From positions 1 through 36,899 of IMG/VR virus record IMGVR_UViG_3300045988_033662: a stretch of DNA of 36,899 bases, one strand, 5' to 3'. Below the pieces are notes generated by a model, which had not been told where the DNA came from, did no database searches, and worked only from the letters and a program-made list of their open reading frames with translations. This DNA is from a virus. This document shows, one piece after another, positions 7,042-14,291 of this stretch. A program made the position numbers and the translations under genes. Numbering within the stretch: position 1 is the stretch's first letter; every line of letters starts with the position of its first letter.

Positions 7042-7671
7042 TTATTGTTCCTCCTTAATATTCTCAACAGCACAATTTTCTAAAACCTCTTTAATTGAAG
7101 TAGGTTTCTCATCTTCCCACTTCACAAATTTGAATAACTCATTAAATGACCAAAGCATCTTGTATTTATTTTCAGAAACCAATCCATTAAAATCATTTTC
7201 AGAAACCCAACCATTAAAAGCTTTTCTAGGTACGCTATTATATGCCATTAAATTATCACTCGGACTTCTGACAATGAATTTATAACCTCCTTTTTCTAAC
7301 CATTTCAAAATTTCATATTCCAATCTGCGCCAAATTTCTGTTAATAGATCTTTATCTGGTTCATCTAAATATAAACTAATATCGCCATTTTTATCTCTAG
7401 CAATATATTTATAGTATAGTTTGTAAACATGACGTAACAGCGAATATTCCGATCTCGTTAACTTAACAGGCTCTTTGTATTCTGATAAAAGTCACTTTAA
7501 TCTCGCCACTGAGCAATTACTTCTTTTTTTGCTCATTCCACATTCCGAGCAACGTCTTCCACCACATTGCCAAAAATCTCCTTCTTCACCTTTGCTAAAT
7601 GTAAAACTTGCAGCATCTCTCTCTTCGATAAACTTTAGCAATTTATCTCTATATTTTTCAGCATTTAACAT
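7042..7671 (-). pseudogene. 209-codon reading frame interrupted by a single in-frame TGA (7492..7494); nonsense allele or UGA read-through
   Basis: ATG 7671 (behind GGAGGA) gives 59 codons, then TGA, then 149 further sense codons in the same frame to TAA at 7042. No in-frame ATG occurs until 107 codons past the TGA; the track ORF 7042..7323 begins at TTG 7323. Frame checked codon by codon: (7671-7323) = 348 = 3 x 116. Confidence 0.7.
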
Positions 7672-7678
7672 TTTCTTT

Positions 7679-7717
7679 TCCTCCTGTAAATTAGTGTTTT
7701 AAGTGTTATCGCTTCAC
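7679..7717 (-). repeat. 39-nt intercistronic element, copy 1 (36/39 identical to 10425..10463)
   Basis: Minus strand reads GTGAAGCGATAACACTTAAAACACTAATTTACAGGAGGA, ending in the SD of the next gene. Confidence 0.8.
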
Positions 7718-7738
7718 CACTGATAGAATATAGGCTTA

Positions 7739-8122
7739 TTAATCTAAACCTAGAAGGTGATATATATCATCCTCGTCGGGTTCCTCAAACTCCTCATGAT
7801 ATGAGTAAGGAATTCTACAGAACTCTGAATGGGCTTTATAACCTTTGTAAGTGAGTTTCATGATAGGGCTTAGACTATCATGAAGTTCGTCGTAAGCCTT
7901 CTCTAAAGCTTTATATTCAGCGTTTAGAGCGTCCTTACCTTCAGCAATTGCTTCGCCGAAGTCTGAAATGCCACATTCATAGACTTCTTGTTTCTGTCTA
8001 TGCAAGTTCTCAAGACTTGCCTGGCAGTCCTTGAACATCTTGAAATCATATAACTCAAGATCATATGAATCCTTGATGTTGTTTCTTTCATTTTCCACAT
8101 TCTTTAAATTTAAGTCTTCCAT
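7739..8122 (-). CDS. Hypothetical acidic protein (127 aa), first gene behind promoter cassette A
   Basis: Track ORF. No family recognised. Confidence 0.55.
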   Translation of the reverse strand: MEDLNLKNVENERNNIKDSYDLELYDFKMFKDCQASLENLHRQKQEVYECGISDFGEAIAEGKDALNAEYKALEKAYDELHDSLSPIMKLTYKGYKAHSEFCRIPYSYHEEFEEPDEDDIYHLLGLD

Positions 8123-8160
8123 ATACGTTTACTCCTTGGGGATTTCCCTTTCCTCTTTGC

Positions 8161-8229
8161 ATTATTATAATACCATAATATGGTAATAATTGCAATACTT
8201 TTTATCGTATTTTGTTTCTTTTTGAAACA
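8161..8229 (-). promoter_or_regulatory. Promoter cassette A: palindrome TGTTTCAAAAAGAAACA (8213..8229), -35 TTGCAA (8190..8195), 17 nt, TGgTATTAT (-10 = 8167..8172)
   Basis: Read on the minus strand. Same architecture and spacing as cassettes B, C and D. Confidence 0.65.
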
Positions 8230-8240
8230 TCATTTTTTTG

Positions 8241-8267
8241 ATAAAAAAAGACTAGGTTTTCCTAGTC
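8241..8267 (-). terminator. Rho-independent terminator (GACTAGG-AAAA-CCTAGTC + T7)
   Basis: 7-bp G/C-containing stem, 4-nt loop and T-run on the minus strand. Contains the stop codon of the frameshifted gene. Confidence 0.7.
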
Positions 8268-8557
8268 CGTTGTTCTAAAGAAATACTTAAGATCATCACC
8301 ATCGAAATGGTCAAGAACCCACTCATCAGCCTTGCGCCAAAGCTCGTCATACATCTCGGCAAGCATGTAGTTACTTCTGTAATGCTCGCTGATCTTCCAA
8401 TTCAGAACCATGACAAGCATATTCAATGTTGTTCTGCCATGCGTTGAACGCTCTTCGAGAAGTCCTCATAAAATGTTGTGCGTGGCTTATATCCTGTCAT
8501 TGCTTCGATATTCCACGTTTTAATTGTTCCGATATTAATTGTTTCCATGTTTTTCAT
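8262..8557 (-). pseudogene. Frameshifted small gene: 44-aa N-terminal ORF (8423..8557, good SD) and 52-aa C-terminal ORF (8262..8420, no SD) in different frames
   Basis: Hand translation gives MKNMETINIGTIKTWNIEAMTGYKPRTTFYEDFSKSVQRMAEQH* and MLVMVLNWKISEHYRSNYMLAEMYDELWRKADEWVLDHFDGDDLKYFFRTTD*. A third frame between them reads RRAFNAWQNNIEYA. Confidence 0.55.
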
Positions 8558-8619
8558 GTTTTTTTTACCTTCCTTTTTTGTGTGCCCACACTTTAGGCGG
8601 TGGGCTTGCCTTTATATCA

Positions 8620-8946
8620 TTAATTCATTGCCTGCACTTGGCTTGCGCTGAAAAAACTTGCTTTTTTCATGAACATTCTTTTCTGTTCTTCTGTCATTCC
8701 CTCACTGTTTTCAGTTTCCTTTGATACGCATTTCCAGATGTAGAACTGTGCAACAGCTTTTTCGCCTTTCTTCACACAATAGCCGAGCTTTTTCCATGCT
8801 TGGAATGTATGAATGTCTTCTGGTTCATCGAGGATCATTTTGTTGCCGTTTTCATCCTCAACCTCAAACTGTCTGCCAGTCTTTCCAATCTTTCCATTTT
8901 TCATAAGTTCAACTGCTTCATTGAATATAATTTGTGCGTTTGTCAT
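8620..8946 (-). CDS. Hypothetical protein; possible ArdC-N-like ssDNA-binding domain
   Basis: HTFQAWKKLGYCVKKGEKAVAQFYIWK ... FFSASQV resembles the W..LG..V.KGEK / F...Q pattern of ArdC N-terminal domains. This is from memory only. Confidence 0.35.
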   Translation of the reverse strand: MTNAQIIFNEAVELMKNGKIGKTGRQFEVEDENGNKMILDEPEDIHTFQAWKKLGYCVKKGEKAVAQFYIWKCVSKETENSEGMTEEQKRMFMKKASFFSASQVQAMN

Positions 8947-8962
8947 GTTTTTTCTTTCCTTT

Positions 8963-9100
8963 CTATTTCATCCAACCTAAGTTATATTCCTTGATTAACT
9001 GCTTTGCCTGTCTAACTGTAAAATCTGACTTTTTGATTCCAGTTTCACCATTTCTATTTAGAATCTGTAATGCTAATTCTTTGATTTCTTTTGTTGTCAT
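8963..9100 (-). CDS. Hypothetical micro-protein (45 aa, not in track), first ORF behind cassette B
   Basis: MTTKEIKELALQILNRNGETGIKKSDFTVRQAKQLIKEYNLGWMK. Confidence 0.4.
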   Translation of the reverse strand: MTTKEIKELALQILNRNGETGIKKSDFTVRQAKQLIKEYNLGWMK

Positions 9101-9135
9101 GTTTTTTTATCTCTCTTTCTTTTTATCTCTCTTTA

Positions 9136-9205
9136 CATTATTATAATATCATAATATAATAGCGATTGCAATACATTTTTCCGTATTTTGTTTCTTTTTG
9201 AAACA
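9136..9205 (-). promoter_or_regulatory. Promoter cassette B: palindrome 9189..9205, -35 TTGCAA 9166..9171, TGaTATTAT (-10 = 9143..9148)
   Basis: Same module as cassette A. The palindrome starts 2 nt after the DnaC-like stop codon. Confidence 0.65.
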
Positions 9206-9206
9206 T

Positions 9207-10031
9207 TTAACCGTTTAATATATCCATCAGTCTTGAGTCCTGCATCTTGTTTTTTCTTCTATCCTCTCCGCTTACAAGTACAGGAAGGCACATTTCAATA
9301 ATACGACTGTAGATTCTGGCTTTGCTTGTGTCTTCTGTATGGTACAAATCTGAATACTTTAGATTAGTGGTAATTATCATTGGTTTTCCGCTTCTGTATC
9401 TCGCATCAATAATGTTATACACCAACTCGTTAACGTACTCCGTGTTTCGCTCAATCCCGAGATCATCAATAACTAAAAGGTCAAACTCGTTCAGGCTGTC
9501 CAGATATTTCTGCTTCCCTTCATACATTCCCTGAATCGTATTGATGATTCGCGCAAAGTTTGTTACCAGACACGGAACACCGTTGTCAATCAATTCATTT
9601 GCAATACATGATGCAAGAAACGTCTTGCCCGTTCCAACTCCACCAAACAGAATAAGTCCTTTTCCTGCTTTCTTGAACTCGGAAAATCTTCTGACATAAC
9701 TCCTGCACATGTCGCTAGCCTTCTTTGATTTCTTATCGTCGTGATCAAATCGGCATTTCTGAAGTCCTCTGTCAGGAAAGCCTGTGTTCCTGTATTTTTC
9801 AATTTGAGCCAGTCTTTCCTGTTTCTTTTGCTCTGCAATCATGCATGAGCACATCACAGGAACATATCCACCAATCAGCGACAGCCATTCTCTTCGTGGC
9901 TCGTTGCATTTTCGGCAATAAATCATATTGCCGTTGGTATATTCATATTCAACATCACAAGTGGCAAGCATGCGCTGTATCGCTTCATCCGTCGGATCTT
10001 CATTTTTAAATATATCGTATATGCTTTTCAT
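9207..10031 (-). CDS. DnaC/IstB-like AAA+ helicase loader with N-terminal Cys cluster
   Basis: Walker A GGVGTGKTFLASCIANEL and Walker B LLVIDDLGIE. N-terminal C..C...C.C. Confidence 0.75.
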   Translation of the reverse strand: MKSIYDIFKNEDPTDEAIQRMLATCDVEYEYTNGNMIYCRKCNEPRREWLSLIGGYVPVMCSCMIAEQKKQERLAQIEKYRNTGFPDRGLQKCRFDHDDKKSKKASDMCRSYVRRFSEFKKAGKGLILFGGVGTGKTFLASCIANELIDNGVPCLVTNFARIINTIQGMYEGKQKYLDSLNEFDLLVIDDLGIERNTEYVNELVYNIIDARYRSGKPMIITTNLKYSDLYHTEDTSKARIYSRIIEMCLPVLVSGEDRRKNKMQDSRLMDILNG

Positions 10032-10417
10032 TTTTCTGTTCCTCCGTAAGCTCTTTCTATAATTTCATGTAAAATGCGTTCTTTATTTTCTTCTATAGCT
10101 TCAAGAATCCAGTCAAAATTGATTTTTGTTCCACCTGGTAAAATTTGCGGGTTATACCTTCCCCAACATGCACCTTTTTTGTCATATGCGTATACTGTAA
10201 CGTGCCAATAGCTTTTGAGTCGTTCTTTGATAAAACCTTTTTTATGCCATACATTTATCAGATGTTCTTTGTAGTCGTTTTCAACCTTTACAAATTCAAC
10301 CTCTATTCTTTCACCTTTAGAGTTTCTATCATTGAAACGATAAAATTTTCTTGTTCCTTTTGGGTTCATTGTCTCGATTGCATATTCATGGCCATCAATG
10401 ATTTTTGTTTCTTTCAT
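10028..10417 (-). CDS. Hypothetical protein (129 aa)
   Basis: Track ORF. ATGA overlap with the downstream gene. Preceded by the 39-nt element. Confidence 0.55.
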   Translation of the reverse strand: MKETKIIDGHEYAIETMNPKGTRKFYRFNDRNSKGERIEVEFVKVENDYKEHLINVWHKKGFIKERLKSYWHVTVYAYDKKGACWGRYNPQILPGGTKINFDWILEAIEENKERILHEIIERAYGGTEK

Positions 10418-10424
10418 GTTTCGT

Positions 10425-10463
10425 TCCTCCTGTAAGTTAGTGTTTATAGTGTTATCGCTTCAC
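10425..10463 (-). repeat. 39-nt intercistronic element, copy 2
   Basis: Minus strand reads GTGAAGCGATAACACTATAAACACTAACTTACAGGAGGA. Confidence 0.8.
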
Positions 10464-10470
10464 TCTTTTT

Positions 10471-10686
10471 TTATTTACTTAATTTGAATGGAAGCCATGA
10501 GGCTTTTAATTCATCAAGTTGGTTCATGATGATTTTTAATGTATATCTTCCACCGCAAGGAATATAAGTGGTTTCGCCGTCAAGGCTGAGGAAGTTTCCT
10601 TCCTCATTAACGATAGCGAAATAACTTTTTGTTCCTCCGCGAGGACCACATAAACCGAACATTTTAGATACATTTACAATTTTCAT
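10471..10686 (-). CDS. Hypothetical protein (71 aa)
   Basis: Track ORF with SD GGAGGT upstream. Confidence 0.5.
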   Translation of the reverse strand: MKIVNVSKMFGLCGPRGGTKSYFAIVNEEGNFLSLDGETTYIPCGGRYTLKIIMNQLDELKASWLPFKLSK

Positions 10687-10698
10687 AAGTATTACCTC

Positions 10699-10899
10699 CT
10701 AATCTTCATCAAATAGTGTGAATGTTTCATCTTCAATATTTGCACATAGATTATAATTGTACATATCATCTTGTTCGTAGTAGATACCATCAACCCACTC
10801 ATTGGCGTGTCTCATAATATCATAGTGATTTAAACTTTCGAAATAATCCATTCCTTTCAATTCTAATGCTTCTTTACTTACATAATATTTTGTTCCCAT
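10699..10899 (-). CDS. Hypothetical acidic protein (66 aa)
   Basis: Track ORF with SD AGGAGGAACGGAAAATG. Confidence 0.5.
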   Translation of the reverse strand: MGTKYYVSKEALELKGMDYFESLNHYDIMRHANEWVDGIYYEQDDMYNYNLCANIEDETFTLFDED

Positions 10900-10917
10900 T
10901 TTCCGTTCCTCCTAATA

Positions 10918-11076
10918 TTACTTGCTCAAACCGACAAACTTCCAGCCATTAGCCATTGCACATTCAAGGTCATGGCCATTGTATGCGACTTTGTATTCGC
11001 CATCTTTTTCAACGATGTAACCATCTGACCAGCTTCTAGTTTCATATGCTTTTTTAATTGCTTCTTCATATTTCAT
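10918..11076 (-). CDS. Hypothetical micro-protein (52 aa, not in track), first ORF behind cassette C
   Basis: MKYEEAIKKAYETRSWSDGYIVEKDGEYKVAYNGHDLECAMANGWKFVGLSK. GAGAGG SD upstream. Confidence 0.45.
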   Translation of the reverse strand: MKYEEAIKKAYETRSWSDGYIVEKDGEYKVAYNGHDLECAMANGWKFVGLSK

Positions 11077-11100
11077 ATCTTTGTACCTCTCTCTTTCTAC

Positions 11101-11169
11101 AACATTATAATATCATAATATGAAAGTGATTGCAATACTTTTTATCACATTTTGTTTCTTTTTGAAATA
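11101..11169 (-). promoter_or_regulatory. Promoter cassette C: palindrome 11153..11169 (one mismatch), -35 TTGCAA 11130..11135, TGaTATTAT (-10 = 11107..11112)
   Basis: Same module. The palindrome abuts the replisome-organizer stop codon at 11170. Confidence 0.6.
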
Positions 11170-11889
11170 TTATTTTCCGTAGAACATTTTCATGAGGTCT
11201 TCTTCCGACTCATAGCCATTCTGGTCGTATTTCTTCTCTGGCTGTTTCTCCTGCTTTGTATATTCATTCTTCAAAGGGAAGATTCCTTGCCAGTTATGCG
11301 TTATTGACTGATTAAGAATAGCAATCTTTGTCGTGTCGTTATTTCCTAATTCATCAAGTTTTTTCAGCATTAGTTTAAGAGCATACTCTGTCATTGGTTT
11401 CTTGATAAATGATCTCATCTGTACAAATGCTTTCAATGCATTCTGTAATTCTTCATTTTGTGTATATCCTGCAATCTGTTCATCATACGATTTCGACTTG
11501 CTCTTTCTTTCTTTCTTATTACTTACTGTATTATTATTTGTATTATTATCTGTATTACTTTCTTTCAAATTCTGAATATCAGCATTGCAATTTTTTATAT
11601 TCTGCCTTTCAAAATTTGAAAGTCTGCTTTTCAGTTCTCGCTTTCTTCCATCAAAATTTTGGATGTATAAGTATCCACATTCAATAAGTTTTGAAATTGC
11701 TGTCGATACCTTCGTTTTACTGCATTGGCAGAACTCTGCAAGATGCTCGTTACTTGCATAGCATCCCTTTTCGCCTTGGTCTAAGCTGTCAATTTCCATA
11801 AGAATAACTTTATCAAGCGCATTAAGCCTAGTGTCTAGCCACACTTTCTTTGGAATCCATACGCCCTTGAAGTCTCTGCTTTCGTTCAT
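11170..11889 (-). CDS. Phage replisome organizer (N-terminal winged-helix + C-terminal DnaD/DnaB_2-like domain)
   Basis: FKGVWIPKKVWLDTRLNALDKVILMEIDSL...NEHLAEFCQCSKTKVSTAISKLIECGYL at the N-terminus. C-terminal ALKAFVQMR...LKLMLKKLDEL...ILNQSITHNWQGIF. Low-complexity N/T-rich linker. Confidence 0.7.
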   Translation of the reverse strand: MNESRDFKGVWIPKKVWLDTRLNALDKVILMEIDSLDQGEKGCYASNEHLAEFCQCSKTKVSTAISKLIECGYLYIQNFDGRKRELKSRLSNFERQNIKNCNADIQNLKESNTDNNTNNNTVSNKKERKSKSKSYDEQIAGYTQNEELQNALKAFVQMRSFIKKPMTEYALKLMLKKLDELGNNDTTKIAILNQSITHNWQGIFPLKNEYTKQEKQPEKKYDQNGYESEEDLMKMFYGK

Positions 11890-12066
11890 GTTTTTGCTTC
11901 CTTTCTTTTCTACTCTACGATTTTCAATGTGATTTTCCTTTAATAACAGAAAACCGTATCACATTAAGTCCGCCAACCTAATGCAATACGGTTCATGTAC
12001 CTATTCAGTTTCATCACTGCTATTCAGCAATGGCGATTACTGAATAGGTGGTGTAGATTTTTGCTA
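11890..12066 (-). ncRNA. Structured ~175-nt 5' leader of the replisome-organizer gene (alternative hairpins plus a terminator-like hairpin)
   Basis: Minus-strand RNA has one 5' arm CCUAUUCAG (12048..12040) and two alternative 3' arms, CUGAAUAG (12027..12020) and CUGAAUAGG (12008..12000). A long hairpin AACCGUAU...AUACGGUU (11993..11952) follows, then UUUCUGUUAUU. Confidence 0.4.
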
Positions 12067-12068
12067 CT

Positions 12069-12136
12069 CTATAATATTATCATCATAATGTGATTAAGTC
12101 AACACATTTTGCCGACTTTTGTTTCTTTTTGAAACA
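12069..12136 (-). promoter_or_regulatory. Promoter cassette D: palindrome 12120..12136, -35 TTGACT 12097..12102, TGaTAATAT (-10 = 12074..12079)
   Basis: Same palindrome-to-(-35) spacing as cassettes A-C. The cassette overlaps the last 12 codons of the DUF1064-like ORF. Confidence 0.6.
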
Positions 12137-12497
12137 TCTTGATGTCTTTACTCGTAACTATGCTGATTGTGTAATCTGGATATTTGTATTCGAACAGTTT
12201 TTGCTTTAGGCGGAAAACGTCAGTAATTACTGCTGTAGAGCCTTTTACGTCCTCGATGATATAACTATCATCTTCACACAAGATGTACCTGAAATCGGCT
12301 TTATACACGATTCTACGCCATGTCTTGCCATTCTTCCTGAATGATGGCAAAAGTTCAAAAGAAGGCTGTAATTCCAATGCCCTTATAACTCCTGCACGTT
12401 CCAGAATATTCAGCTGTGCATATCGTTCAGCTTCAAGCTTTGAATCAAACTTGATGCCATCAGCAATCGTCTTTGTATTGTGATATTTTCTATACAA
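12099..12497 (-). CDS. DUF1064-like (endonuclease-fold) phage protein
   Basis: YHNTKT..DGIKFDSKLEAERY..L...........LELQP.F.L........R...Y.ADF.Y......IIEDVKG matches what I recall for DUF1064. Confidence 0.55.
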   Translation of the reverse strand: MYRKYHNTKTIADGIKFDSKLEAERYAQLNILERAGVIRALELQPSFELLPSFRKNGKTWRRIVYKADFRYILCEDDSYIIEDVKGSTAVITDVFRLKQKLFEYKYPDYTISIVTSKDIKMFQKETKVGKMC

Positions 12498-12507
12498 TCA
12501 AATCACC

Positions 12508-12822
12508 TCACAGATAAGATTTTCCGAAAATGTCGATAAATTCATCTGTTGTCCATGCATACTCGTCCATCGCTCTTTCTTGCCCCAATTTTTTCAGATA
12601 CATGTCAAATTCATGCCCTTTTCGGTTATGCACGCCATACTCAGACATGTTGTGATCTTCAGGCCTGATGAACACGACAAGACCATACTCGATTGATTTT
12701 TTCCTGTTGGCAGTGCCAAAGAAAACTTCATGCCTATGTGTGCCCTCATAGCGCTGATTGCTGTAATAATATGTGTGACCGTTAGCCTGATACATGCCAT
12801 TAGGCATAATTGAATCTCTCAA
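12508..12822 (-). CDS. Conserved His-rich hypothetical protein (104 aa)
   Basis: Track ORF with HRHEVFFGTANRKKSIEYGLVVFIRPEDHN. Family not assigned. Confidence 0.5.
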   Translation of the reverse strand: MRDSIMPNGMYQANGHTYYYSNQRYEGTHRHEVFFGTANRKKSIEYGLVVFIRPEDHNMSEYGVHNRKGHEFDMYLKKLGQERAMDEYAWTTDEFIDIFGKSYL

Positions 12823-13269
12823 CTAATCACCTCCTATAAATTTAAGCTGTGCAATTTTTGACGGTGTTAGCGTTGGTATTCCTACCTCTTCGCATTCGCT
12901 TCTTACACCATCAAGCAATATAGCAAACTCCTTAGAATCCATCTGGGAACTGCCTTTATAAATCTTGTAATGCGTGAACTCCTTGCCGTTTACCGTACCT
13001 TTGCCTATCTCCTCATAGTACTTGAAATAGCTATGTAGGCTCACATCTGAACGAATGCTAACAACCTCATACTGCCCATATCGTTTAAGCATGAGAAAGT
13101 GGCATTCTTGATTGTCCATCCTCATAACGCTAGCTAGCTGATTGAGGAGTGACCAATAATAAGAGTTGACTGTAAGAGAGCGCTTTTTTTTCTTTTCCTT
13201 TATCTCAAAGATCTTTTGCTTATCCTGCTCAAACAGCCACGTAATTATTGCCTGTGCATTTCCAATCAT
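12823..13269 (-). CDS. NinB-like recombination-associated protein
   Basis: KRSLTVNSYYWSLLNQLA ... SSQMDSKEFAILLDGVRSECEEVGI parallels the lambda NinB RSLDQN...W / S.M...EF..LL pattern. Confidence 0.4.
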   Translation of the reverse strand: MIGNAQAIITWLFEQDKQKIFEIKEKKKKRSLTVNSYYWSLLNQLASVMRMDNQECHFLMLKRYGQYEVVSIRSDVSLHSYFKYYEEIGKGTVNGKEFTHYKIYKGSSQMDSKEFAILLDGVRSECEEVGIPTLTPSKIAQLKFIGGD

Positions 13270-13284
13270 GCCACTTTTCCCTCC

Positions 13285-13698
13285 TTAAAATGGGAGATCA
13301 TCTTCTTCTAAATCAAAATGTTCATTATCATTTATGTTGTCTGGCTCAGTATAGCCATTATTGTTATAGTTACTTTGTTCACGGTTCTTAGTTTCTAGGA
13401 ACTCAACATGATTAACCAACACTTCTGTAACATACACTGTTCTCCCATGACTATCTTCATAATTCCTTGTTCTGATAGAGCCATTAACTGCAATTCTATC
13501 TCCTTTATGAACGTACTGCTCTAAAAGTTCAGCCGTCTTTTTCCACGCCACGCACTTAATGAAATCTGCTTCTTGCCCGTCATTTGTCTTGAAGTCCCTG
13601 TTGACTGCAAGTGTGAAACTTGCAACAGCCGTTCCATTGTCTGTCCTTCTTAGTTCAATGTCTCTTGTAGTACGTCCAATTAATACAACTGTATTCAT
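13285..13698 (-). CDS. ssb: Single-stranded DNA-binding protein
   Basis: OB-fold N-terminus MNTVVLIGRTTRDIELRRT.NGTAVASFTLAVNR. Acidic C-terminal tip EEDDLPF. Confidence 0.9.
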   Translation of the reverse strand: MNTVVLIGRTTRDIELRRTDNGTAVASFTLAVNRDFKTNDGQEADFIKCVAWKKTAELLEQYVHKGDRIAVNGSIRTRNYEDSHGRTVYVTEVLVNHVEFLETKNREQSNYNNNGYTEPDNINDNEHFDLEEDDLPF

Positions 13699-14291
13699 TG
13701 TTCTTTACTCCTGTAATATTCTTCTATGATTTCCCATGCCATACCCTCGTTTACAGGGCTGTCAATAACTTTCCTGATGCCACCCCTGAGATGTATGATC
13801 TTCAGGAATTGTGCATCAACTCCGTAACTTTGCATCAATCCAATTCTGTATAAGTTCAGCTGATATGCGATCTTTTCTTTGTTTAAAGAACTGACGGTTT
13901 TAATGTCCGCAATGCCAGTTTCACCATCCATAAGCATTGTCATGTCCAGTCGTCCGCATGCAATCGGCATATCATCCTTGAAAATCACAATCGGCAACTC
14001 ACTGTCCAGAACCTCGAATCCGTATTGTTTCTGCAGAAACTTAAAGTTTCGCACTGCTTCGCTTCCATCATCATATCCCGAAACATTAAAGTTTTCGATT
14101 GCCTTATGCACTGCCGTACCTCTTTTAGCCGCATTATTCAACACGGCAGGAGGCACGCTTGCATAATCGTTTCTATACTTCACGCCAAGAATCTGCGAGA
14201 CACTTGGCAACATAAGCCCATCATACAGATATGTATGAGTTTCAGGAAAAAATTCAAGCGTACCGCCTTTAATGCTGAATGTCTCCATCAT
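13695..14291 (-). CDS. PD-(D/E)XK (RecB/Cas4-like) exonuclease
   Basis: GRLDM...IADIKT...QLNLY is a D...(D/E)xK...QxxxY arrangement. Sits inside the ERF/SSB recombination module. Confidence 0.6.
   Translation of the reverse strand: MMETFSIKGGTLEFFPETHTYLYDGLMLPSVSQILGVKYRNDYASVPPAVLNNAAKRGTAVHKAIENFNVSGYDDGSEAVRNFKFLQKQYGFEVLDSELPIVIFKDDMPIACGRLDMTMLMDGETGIADIKTVSSLNKEKIAYQLNLYRIGLMQSYGVDAQFLKIIHLRGGIRKVIDSPVNEGMAWEIIEEYYRSKEQ

Noticed and set aside
7492-7494. Genome-wide TGA reassignment (code 4/25) or selenocysteine as the explanation for the in-frame TGA
   Set aside because: TGA clearly acts as a stop in ATGA-coupled gene pairs (3802..3805, 13695..13698, 22933..22936). I saw no convincing SECIS-like hairpin in the 40 nt after the codon. 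A local nonsense mutation or read-through is more parsimonious.
9590-9838. Nested minus-strand ORFs in alternative frames (also 19682..19954, 12594..12800 and 6258..6443)
   Set aside because: Each lies entirely inside a larger ORF with clear family motifs (DnaC-like, tail protein, MazG-like and others). None has an independent start signal.
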